From NCBI GenBank assembly GCA_951406725.2, contig OX597816.1:62744001-62808000 (forward strand): DNA of 64,000 nt, read 5' to 3'. Each line of letters starts with the position of its first letter. Positions within the stretch are counted from its first letter, which is position 1. A program made the translations under genes and the position numbers. Positions 53,418 through 64,000 of the stretch are shown one piece after another. The stretch is from Octopus vulgaris. Taxonomy: Eukaryota. The notes beneath the pieces are model-generated. The model worked only from the letters and a program-made list of their open reading frames with translations, was not told where the DNA came from and did no database searches.

Positions 53418-53700
53418 AACAACAAACAAGATGAGGACAAATATCCGTCGAATATAAATAATGTAAATAATCTTAGTGAATATATATTAACTTCAAAAAT
53501 CAATAAATGATTCATACTTCATCGCTGGCCATTGCTTTGATATTAAGAAGAAATGAGATCGTTACTCTTCAGTTTGATTTTAGATTCAAAATGCATATCC
53601 TGAATGTTGATTTATTAATACGCTCCTTGTACTCCTAAAAGTTCTACACCGTTTTACCCATTTTTAAAATTAAGATTACGTACATTCACAAATTCACATT

Positions 53701-54104
53701 CTTTTACTTGATTCAGTCATTTTACTGTGGCCATGCTGGATCACCGCCTTTAGTCGAGCAAATCGACCCCAGGACTTATTCTTTGTAAGCCTAGTACTTA
53801 TTCTATCGATTTCTTTTGCCGAACCACTAAGTTACGGGGGCGTAAACACACCAGCATCGGCTGTCAAGCGATGTTGGGGGAGGGTGAACAAACACAGACA
53901 CACAAACATATACACACACATGCATATATATACATATATATACGACGGGCTTCTTCCAGTTTCCGTCTACCAAATCCACTCATAAGGCTTTGTTCGGCGC
54001 AAGGCTATAGTAGAGGACACTTGCCGAAGGTGCCACGCAGTGGGACTGAACCCAGAACCATGTGGCTGGTAAGCAAGCTACTTACTACACAGCCACTCCT
54101 ACGC
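53701..54104 (-). mobile_element. SINE family A, full length
   Basis: Complete reverse-complement copy. Confidence 0.9.
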
Positions 54105-54614
54105 CTTAAGTTCAGGTATTTCATTGCAGATTGTTATTCCGTGACCCAAGTTATTTCCTCAAAAAACAAAAAAAAAAGAAAGAAGGAGAAAACTCTCAAT
54201 CACGGTTGCACTCGATATAAATTTCATGGAGGAAAATAATTGTTTATAAATTATACGATAAATAATTGTATCAAATTTAGACACAAGGTTAGCAATTTAT
54301 CAACGCCATGCTAGCATCAAGTCACTTGATCGAACAAGAAAGATAAGTTTGCAGAAGTTGGAGACAAGAATGGAATTGGTACCTAGCACATGCGAAAGAG
54401 AGAAAACACACAAAACAAACACTTCATTATTACTTGTAGAAGTTGAGGTGTTAGTCAGTTATATCAACCCAGTACTTTAATCTATTCTAAAAGAAAGAAA
54501 TGCTAATTTGGCCTCGACAGGATTTGAACTCAAAATGTAAGGATTCGAAACATGCTTTTTTTCCTGCGTCGATTCTATCAATATACCACTCAAATACGGA
54601 GGATAACTGAATTA

Positions 54615-54798
54615 AAGGCACACGGCCTGACATTTTGCGGGAGGGGACTAGTCGATTACATCACTCCAGTGTTTCACTGGTACTTAATTCATCGATCTTG
54701 AAAGGATGAACGGCAAAGTCGGCCTCGGTGGAATTTGAACTCAAAGTAAAGACGCACAAACTGCCGCGAAGCATTTTGCCCTTCGCAGCACACCGCCT
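54615..54798 (-). mobile_element. SINE family B
   Basis: ggtacttaattcatcgatc..gaaaggatgaacggcaaagtcggcctcgg..aatttgaactc. Confidence 0.7.
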
Positions 54799-55215
54799 TT
54801 CCACGGAGAATAACAATAATACAAATCGCTCATTACTTTGTGAAATTAACAGCTGTGATTTCAGTGATGGAAACCAGTGTTACCAGAACAGTAAAATTGA
54901 TGCAAACCCGGTCGTGATGTAGTCTAGATTGTGACAGCAGGGTGTATAGGTTCATGCACGAGATGAACACCGACTATGAAACAGGTGACTTCTCTTATAT
55001 TGTTTAAAAATATATTACAGTTCACAAAGTACACCTTAACAGAAGATAGCCCCAAGAACACTGATGTTATCTGTGTCAAAGGAGTAAACTAGATGTTCTA
55101 AATCCGACGAGTTGTATTCACGTTTCGTAAATCGTCTTGTATTTGCTTTGCAGACGTTATCGGACAGTGATCTTACGCCGCCATTTTGGATTTGTTTTAA
55201 GCTCATAGTAGCCAA

Positions 55216-55263
<48 letters not shown>

Positions 55264-55635
55264 CATATATATATATATGTTTCTTTTTTAATGTAGACGG
55301 TAGGATTCCAGACACGTTTTGCCGAAGGCTTTGCTTTGTCGAGATAAGATCGCAGTCAGTGTGTCAGCTGTACGGAAATGATTATAAACTTCTTTATTGT
55401 AGTTGATATTCGCCCAAATTTAGTTTACAGTTTAGACAAACTACCAAAACTGGATGAGTGGTTTCTCCATTAGTTGATATCAAATTCGGAGAATTCGTAT
55501 TTATTATCTAACCAGTTTAATCTTTATCAATTAACGCACATGTCGTTTTGGCAATACTTCAGTCTGGACACATTATTACTGGGGATGTTTTCATATATGA
55601 ACGTGGACCTTATACTAAAGCACAGTTGTATTATT

Positions 55636-55673
<38 letters not shown>

Positions 55674-55681
55674 TATTATTA

Positions 55682-55875
55682 GGGCAGAATCGTTAGCACG
55701 CCGGGCGAAATGCTAAGCAGCCTTTCTTACGTTCTGAGTTCAAATTCTGCCCTGGTCGACCTTGTCTTTTATCTTTTCGGGGTCAATAAAATAGGTACAA
55801 GTCAAACATTAGGGCCGATGTAATCGACTAACATCCTCTTCCAAATTTCAGGCCTTGTGCCTTTAGTAGAAAGTA
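55682..55875 (+). mobile_element. SINE family B
   Basis: ggcagaatcgttagcacgccgggcgaaatgc...caggccttgtgcctttagtagaaag. Confidence 0.8.
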
Positions 55876-56174
55876 TTATTATAAGGCATTCGTTCGTGAT
55901 ATGGGAATATTGTAGATGCCACACGCCAGAGACACTTGTTCATTCCTAAGGTTGACCCTCCAGTTTGTGGCCAAAGTTTGGTCTTGTATTGCCAGTATAG
56001 TGCTTTCGGTCTCTTTTTTTAGTGTTCCTTTCATCAGCCATTCCCACCAATTCTCGCTCTGTGATGAAGGACTTTAACCGAAACGTTAACTAATTCACTC
56101 TCTCGCTCCCTCTCCCTCTCGCGCTTGATAGCTCGATTTTCTCACTCTCTGATGAAAGACAATAACCGAAACGT

Positions 56175-56764
56175 GATAGAGTGTTGTCAACTTAATGTAG
56201 CAGTCCCATAAAAGGGAAGAATGCTACTGTTATTTAGTCCTAGGAAACACTGTTTCCTTTTCGACTTGACACATTTCCTGTGTCCTTAAGTTTTCCTTAT
56301 GTATCCGTATGTTTCCCTTTCATGGGATTGTCACATGGGATTGACAACATGCTATCACTTTATCGTACTGCTACTGCATAAATCTCTCTGAGAGAATTAG
56401 AAATAATAATATTTCTATTTTCAAAAATCAGTGAATGTATTTCACTTGAAATATATATGTTTTCAAAGGCGGATAGGCATCGACAGCTAGCAAGCTATGC
56501 TACTCCAGACTGATGATGAGCAATGACTCTGAAACTAGTCTCTGGATGCTGGTTTGGCCGGGTGGAGGTGCTTGTCTCCACTTTGAAAACATAAGGACAC
56601 AGGAAATGTGTCAAGTCCAACAGGAAACTGTGCTTCCTAGGGCTAAATAACAGTAGCATTCTTCCCTTTTATGGGACTGTCATATTAAGTTGACAACATG
56701 CTATCATTTTATCATGCTGCTACTGCATAAGTCTCTCTGAGAGATTTAGAAATATATTATTTCT
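56175..56764. mobile_element. Hammerhead-bearing PLE-like/retrozyme element (about 349-nt monomer plus inverted segment) with a 14-bp TSD
   Basis: 56175-56296 is approximately the reverse complement of 56586-56706. Direct repeat about 56315-56418 / 56662-56765 (period 349). TSD aataaccgaaacgt at 56161-56174 and 56765-56778. Confidence 0.8.
56504..56546 (+). ncRNA. Minimal type I hammerhead ribozyme
   Basis: tccaga-CTGATGA-t-gag-caatga-ctc-t-GAAAC-ta-GTC-tctgga: 6-bp helix I, palindromic ACTAGT, GUC triplet (predicted cut after 56540). Confidence 0.8.
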
Positions 56765-57834
56765 AATAACCGAAACGTTAACTCATTCACTCACTCTCTC
56801 GCTCTCTGTCTCTCCCTCTATTTCTCTCGCACTTTCTCGCTCGACTTCCTCACTCTCTGACGAAGGGCAATAACTGAAATGTTAACCGATTCACTTTTCA
56901 CGAATACTTAGCATATCAAATTCTTCTACAAGTCTCTGATAATGGTATATTCATATCAACAGCGATCGTCACCTATTTCCAATGACAACAAAGTTTATCT
57001 AATCAACACAGTCCCATAATATCAACGTCTATATTTGCATATGCATATGAAAATGCAAGAAGGACTAGAAATACTCTGGTATGCTTGTTGGCACGCTATA
57101 AAAGCACTTATAGAAGTGAAAATAGCTTCACATATATTTTCTACTAACTTTTCGATATCTTTCAGTAGAAAAGTCTCGAAAATAGACCATCTAATATAAA
57201 ACCCGTAACTGAAATATCTTCCAGTCATCACACATTTACTTCTCGCTGGAAATCTAGCCATGGATATTCAAAGAGTGGTATACATGTCGTACAAGCCTAT
57301 GTTACAATAATTTTGCATGTTACTATAATCTTATGTTACGTTAATGAGGCGGCTGTCATCTAACAATGCCATTATGTTTATATTTTGCAAGAGTTAAAAC
57401 ATATAACTACAGATACAATATTTGGATACGTCGTCAGTGTTGTATCCTGAGGTTACTGCCATCTGAACAACGAGAAGAATAGAGAACTGTGAGTCGTAAT
57501 GGAGAGAAACATCAGCTGCCGTTGCTTTGAGTACATCTCTGCTTTGTACTATAAACATTTAAATACGTGTGCGTGGTGCGCCTGTGTATGTGTGTGTGTG
57601 AGAGAGAAAGAGAAAGCGATAGAGAGAGAGAGAGAGAGAGAGAGAAAGGGGGAAGGAGAGTATTGTGGATGTAGATGTTTGTGTGTTCGTATGTTGTGTA
57701 TATACGTGTGGAGCATTGGTGATGGACTAAAACCATACGGACAGACATATTAATGGAGAAGTACTTTAACAGAAACGTTGATATAACTTTAGCAAAATCT
57801 TTTAACCAATCAAACTATTACCATTTACTCTGAA

Positions 57835-57866
<32 letters not shown>

Positions 57867-58604
57867 ACGCACGCATGCACAATACAAACACACACACAGT
57901 ACACTTCCCTGTAACAATATCAGAATCTCAAATGTTGTGAAGTAGCTAATGAGTCTACAGGTAGGAGCTTTAAATCGTAAAATTGCCAGCCAAATCTACC
58001 AAGACCTACACACTACCATCTTACAGTGAGAAGAATGCATTTGAAGACCCTAGGTACACTATATAGATACACTACAGTAGTTCTAAATACATGATATCTC
58101 AAACAAATAGTGTAAAGTATTTCAAAAAGGCTAAATTTTCTTTGAGTACCTAGGTCATCTTGAATAAGAACTGCCCTGGGGAACGATCGACATCGGCAAC
58201 AAAACGTGTATCTTATGTTAGGGACGTCTTTAATTACACAGATTATATGGATCAAAGCTGACAACGACGAATTTAGAAAACGCTCGTACATTCATACGCA
58301 CAGAGCTATAATTGCTTACACATACATACGTAGACCCACATACACAAAATCTTTTCCATTAATGGTCTGCTTGCTCACAACTAATTCGAACGAGTATCTC
58401 CTCGATCGGATAGACATAACTGTGCCTGGCCGTTTAATTTAACCAAACGGATCACCTTGGTATCATTCACAGAAAATGATCAGTATCCAAGAGTGGTAAA
58501 AAAAGCGATAAAAATTACTCTTTCGTTAGGCTGTATGCAAAAAACCAATTCAGTATGTCAAAGCTTATGAGTCATATCCATGCTTGTATGTAAATAAACA
58601 AATT

Positions 58605-58690
<86 letters not shown>

Positions 58691-59603
58691 CATATATATA
58701 CCATGTGCTTTTAAATACTGTAAATTCCCAATCCTGCTATACACATCATTATAGCGATAGATATAATAGCGTTTCATTATAACTCTATTTCTGTAGTGTT
58801 TTTTTGCTCTGCTCTAGACAATAGACGCCATTTCCACCCTAAAGCTATATAGCTGCATACATTTGACTAAATGGGACGTGGGACATTCCGAATCATCCAG
58901 TACATTTGCCGAAAACAACACCAAATTTACTATAATAACAACATTCTCATACCGTTATTATAACAATTATCAATTAGATTCCTTACATCCAAATATATCG
59001 TCTCCTAACACATTGATCAATTTTGAAGTCTTTCGTTTTGATACATAATTTCGTCTCTCGAGGTAAACCATATCATTTTTTTTCCTCCTTTTTACTGTTT
59101 CCATTCGTTTACAAAACAGATTTTTCAAACAATATCCACATTTCCATTTCGAACGAGTAATATTTTTCTAATTAATGTATCATTTCTTTCCATTTATATA
59201 AATATTTCCTTCAACTTTCAAAACAGAACCTTATGAAAAAATAGGTCGTGTCTTTGAATTCAATATGGTAAACCAGACATTAGGAACCATTTTAGCATTC
59301 GTATTTCGATTACAAACTATTCATCACTCAAGTCATTTGTAATTAATAGCAATTTTTTTCGTACACGCGCATGCATATATATTTACACGAACGTATGTAA
59401 ATGTATATTTGGGGAGAGGTAAATAGGTAGATGAATAGATAGATTGGTAGATGTGTCTGTTGGCGTGTGTACGTGAGTATGTATATATGCATATTTGTGT
59501 ACGTGCGCTATATATTTCTATGTATATAACATATATATATATATATATACATACATGCATACATACACACAAACACGCATATATACATACATATATTTAT
59601 ATA

Positions 59604-59653
<50 letters not shown>

Positions 59654-59837
59654 TACATATCTAAACTGTTTGTGTCACTGAATCAATCACATATTTATAT
59701 ATCGATCTCTCTATCTTTATATGCGTGAGTCTGTATGCTTACGTACATCTCCATGTGTGCACACAGCAAAATATATACGCATGCACACATATAAAGAAAC
59801 ACACACAGATACACTTACACGCACATAATCACACACT

Positions 59838-59895
<58 letters not shown>

Positions 59896-60451
59896 TATAT
59901 AGGCACATTCCAGCGATGGATATTTATATCTTTGTTAGAACCAACTTCTTCATCACATGAAGGTTTCAAATAATTGAAAACAGAAGAATACATACATACA
60001 TACATGCATACATACATACATACATGCGTACATACATACATACGTACATACATACATACATACATACATACGTACATACATAAATACGTACATACATACA
60101 TGCATATATACATACATACGTACGTACGTACATACATATATACATACATACATACATAAAAACATCCATCCATACATACATATATAATACATCCTTACAT
60201 ATTACATAATACATACATGCATGCATACATACACATATACATACATACATATACATACATCCATACAGACATACATCCATACAGACATACACATTTGATT
60301 TACTTTCATCCATGTATGTGCGTGAAATGTGAATTTTCATCCCCACAAGGCTTCATAAAATAAAAACGGATCAAGAAATGAAATGTTCGTGAAATATCTG
60401 TGGGTCACTGGATTTAAGTGACCAAAGCTTGCACAATACATTTGGCACTCT

Positions 60452-61090
60452 AAGGCGGCGAGCTGGCAGAAATGTTAGCACGCCAGGCGAAATGCTTAGC
60501 GGTATTTCATCTGTCTTTACGTACTGAGTTCAAATTCTGCAGCGGTCGACTTTGTGTTTCATCCTTTCAGGGTCGATAAATTATGTACCAGTTGCGTACT
60601 GAGGTCGATCAAATCGACTGGCCCCTCCCCCCAAATTTCGGACCTTGTATCTAGAGTAGAAAAGAATATCATAAAGGCGGCTAGCTGGCAGAAAAGTTAG
60701 TACGCCGTGTGAAATTCTGAGTTTAAATTCCGCCAAGGTCGACATTGCCTCTTATGCTTTCGGGGTCGATAAGTTAAGTGCAAGTGCGTACTGGTGTCGA
60801 TCTGATCGACTTGACCCCTTCCCCAAAATTTCGGGCCTTGAGCCTTGAATAGAAAAGAATATATATATATTCCAAAAGGCGGCGAGCTGGTAGAAACGTT
60901 AGCACCCCGGGTGTAATGCTTAGCGGTTTTTCATGTCTTTACGTTCTGAGTCTAAATTCCGCCGAGGTCGACTTTGCCTTTCATTCTTTTGGGGTTAATA
61001 AATTAACTACCAGTTACGTACTGGTGTCGATCTAAACGACTGGCCGCCTCCCCAAAAATTTCGGGCCTTGTGCCTAGAGTAGAAAAGAAT
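60452..61090 (+). mobile_element. Tandem trimer of SINE family B
   Basis: Units start at about 60452, 60675 and 60877. Flanking imperfect duplication atacatttggcactct (60436-60451) / atatatttgccactct (61089-61104). Confidence 0.88.
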
Positions 61091-61317
61091 ATATTTGCCA
61101 CTCTCTTGGTCATTATAGACGGTTTCAGGGACGAGCATTACAAAATGACTGGTAGTAGTTTGACCGCAAGTCTTATGTGTGTATAAACGTTGTCATTTTC
61201 ATCTTTTAAATGTTATGCATACACTAATTGTTATTAATTAATGTCATTAAGGATGACTTTAATGACTTGTTCCTTGTCTCTCAAATCACATCCACTAAAG
61301 CGTTGAAAACAGGAAAC

Positions 61318-61352
<35 letters not shown>

Positions 61353-61473
61353 GCTATCTATCTATCTCTCTATCTTTCTTTATTTCTTTTTTTCTGCCTG
61401 TGTCTGTCTGTCTATCATCTGTTTGTTTTTCTGCCTATCTATATTTATCCATCCTTGTATATGTCTGGCGCGA

Positions 61474-61865
61474 TGAGGTGTTACAGCTGATGGAGAATTA
61501 CAACTTTGACAACATCTTCATCGAAGTAATCGAAGCACTGTATGAAAACTGAAACATCGAAGAATTCTTCCGGACAGCTGTGGGATGTTCGATAAGGATG
61601 TTTTCTCTTTCCAGTACTCTTCAATGTCTTCTAGGAAAACATCATTCAAGGGATACTCCAAAACTGTCATACCTCCGTTTCCATTGGAAGACAACTCGTT
61701 TTCCAATCTGGGGTATACGAGACGGAGTTCAGCTCAGAAAAGTGCAAGGTCCTGGCTAACAGTAACAATAAAATGCAGCAAACAACACCATGCTGAGTGG
61801 AAAGGGACTTGAGGAAATGAATACCTTCAAGTACCTAGCATTCATTTTGACGGTGAGTGGTAGAT
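61474..61865 (+). pseudogene. RTE-type LINE reverse transcriptase remnant
   Basis: Manual translation across stops: IEVIEALYEN*NIEEFFRTAVG/VR*GCFLFPVLFNVF*ENII...KGLEEMNTFKYLA (GVRQGC.LSP.LFN and FKYLG motifs). Confidence 0.7.
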
Positions 61866-62236
61866 CTCTGCTTGTATCTTAATTCCATCTTTAAACCCCT
61901 CAAATGTAATATTCTTCCCTGAAGTTAGAGGTGGGTGGTTTCCGATGATGGAATCAAGTTACAAGCATTACTTGGGATCATTAAGACCCCAAAAACAGCT
62001 TTTGTACTCGTAAAATTCTCACACAACTCCATTAATTCCTGCTATCATTTCCATTCAGCCTAAGTCGGACATATTTTTTTACATTTGTACACTTTTTGTA
62101 TTAAATGTATTTAAAATTTTTGTGCACCGATTTGACTAACTTGCTTATCCTTACATTTTGTCCTCTACTTGCTCAAGTTTAAATCTCTAGAGCACTACAA
62201 AGTGTATTCTCTACAGAGAATACCTGTCTCTACGAA

Positions 62237-62367
62237 CAACATGGTTCCGGGTTCAGTCCCACTGCGTGGCACCTTGGACAAGTGTCTTCTACTACAGCCT
62301 CGGGCTGACCACAGCCTTGTGAGTGGATTTGGTAGACGGAAACTGAAAGAAGCCCGTCGTATATATG

Positions 62368-62417
<50 letters not shown>

Positions 62418-62640
62418 TGTGTGTGCATATATTTGTGTGTCTGTGGTTGTCCCCTGCCCCAACATCGCTTGACAACCGATGCTGGTGTGTTTACATCCCC
62501 GTAACTTAGCAGTTCGGCAAAAGAGACCGATAGAATAAGTACTATGCTTACAAAGAATAAGTCCTGGGGTCGATTTGCTCGACTAAAGGCGGCGCTCCAG
62601 TATGGCCACAGTCAAATGACTTAATCAAGTAAAAGAGGAA
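62237..62640 (+). mobile_element. SINE family A (5'-truncated)
   Basis: catggttccgggttcagtccc...(TA)n...gtcaaatgac. Confidence 0.88.
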
Positions 62641-63751
62641 AAAGATATGTGTGTGTGTAGGGAGAGAAAGAGCTGCATATGCGTATGCACATACAAACAT
62701 GCGCAAAGGCACATATATATGTAAAACGGCTTCTCGTGCTTCACAACCTACCTCAGCTACAAAGAGAATTACATCGGTCAAACCGGAAACTTGTTTTGTG
62801 ATAGAACAAGAACACATGGATATCACACTAGACTAAACAGCCAAAATGACTTAGAAACCGTTTCAGGGGAACATCTTGAAAACTACGAAAACATGAAATT
62901 CAAGATTTTCCCATTTTACATATTCCAAATGGATGATGCTGGAAAAAAGTACAGAAAATATTAATTTATCAAAAGCTTTATTCCAGAATTTAAAACGCAA
63001 AAACCCTAGTTAGAGAAACAAGGAAAATTATGTAAAAAAATTACATTTCCGTGTAAAACAAACTATGCCACCAACGATTGCTCATGATGTTGTGATTAAA
63101 ACAAATTACTAGAAAATATGTTTTTTTTAATCAATCGCCAAGCACAGACATAAACTTACACAATCACACAAACACACCCAGGTCAAGTACATTCTTACAG
63201 ATATATAAATGCCAAAAAGAAAAGTACTCATGTCTGAAGAAGAACCAATTGTTTAATGTCTTCACCAGATTAAAACAACAATTTATTGAAATTAATAAAC
63301 AGCTAAACTTTTCTAGACTGACTTGTCATCAAAACAACAAGCAAAATTCTTTTGTTCTTTTATTCACTCTTCAATAAACAGCTGACACTTCACTATATTC
63401 GCTAAAATCAATGAACAGCTGGCCGCATTGGACAATCTTCCTTTAAAACTCATTAATTTGTTTTGTTTAAACATCTACCACACACATGCATACGCTCGTG
63501 CAAGCACCTATGCATACATATTGATAGAAAACAACAAACAGGTGGCCACACTCTTCAGACGCTACTCCCGAGCATACTTTGTCAAATTCCCAGCTCTAAG
63601 CGAACAAATTTATTAAAAAACATTTGAATTCTTGACATTTTTCAATTAACAACTAACATCCTCTCCACCATATATATATATATATATGAATGTATATGTT
63701 TATAGATGTATATACACGCACACATACATATATTAATACGGAGATTATTAC

Positions 63752-63782
<31 letters not shown>

Positions 63783-64000
63783 GATAGATATATATATATA
63801 CATACTCAATATACACTAGCGCACAATTAAACACCAGAGAAAAACTACCCTTTAACAGGTAATTTTTACACGTTAGAAGAAGCAGTCAAAACGACCAAAA
63901 CCACATTTAATAGCAAAATATGAACAAAATAAACTCATTATTCCGTAATCTTTGAAATTTCTTTTAACAAATGAAACCACTAAAACGAATGTAAAAGGTA

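Larger units (their letters stand above)
53132..53469. mobile_element. PLE-like inverted pLTR pair with two hammerhead motifs and a 13-bp TSD
   Basis: Arms 53167-53308 / 53329-53470. Unpaired 35-bp tail 53132-53166. TSD atcttagtgaata at 53119-53131 and 53470-53482. Confidence 0.85.
56052..56900 (+). repeat. Three-unit tandem array (about 90-105 nt units) with hammerhead-core motifs, interrupted by a nested element
   Basis: Cores (G/C)TGAYGAAg...aaccGAAACGTT at 56061, 56149 and 56857 (third GAAAT), separated by CT-rich spacers. Helix I is not evident. Confidence 0.55.

Noticed and set aside
55036-55220. YY1-type motif cgccgccattttgg and a short minus-strand ORF
   Set aside because: Single motif, the ATGGCGGCG is followed immediately by a stop, and there is no supporting cluster or recognisable protein.
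56052-56900. CRISPR-like repeat-spacer appearance
   Set aside because: Eukaryotic context, degenerate repeats, mutually similar CT-rich spacers and no cas genes.
57022-57261. 79-aa minus-strand ORF with a hydrophobic stretch
   Set aside because: No motif I can confidently recognise; the length is compatible with chance.

Overview
AT-rich, microsatellite-saturated eukaryotic DNA. The SINE families and the (TA)n/(CA)n/(AAT)n density suggest an octopus (coleoid cephalopod) genome; this is inference. Almost every ORF in the track is a microsatellite artefact, and I found no intact host protein-coding gene. Recognisable content: a near-full-length but broken R4/Dong-type RLE LINE (27955-32054), a second Dong-type copy with a 5' inversion (10887-12160), a CR1-type LINE nested inside a SINE (50559-52332), RTE and Penelope GIY-YIG remnants, at least four tRNA-SINE families, hAT MITEs, a Helitron-like element and a CpG-rich promoter-like island at about 25.3-25.6 kb. 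The most striking hidden layer is a set of short ORF-less elements, unrelated in sequence, that carry type I hammerhead ribozyme motifs (CUGANGA...GAAAC...GUH, with a very short and usually palindromic helix III). Five of them are integrated as divergent inverted repeats (14.0-15.1, 23.5-24.5, 46.4-46.8, 53.1-53.5, 56.2-56.8 kb). Three can be reconstructed as tandem/circular monomers of about 349, 535 and 642 nt, resembling Penelope pLTRs or non-LTR retrozymes.
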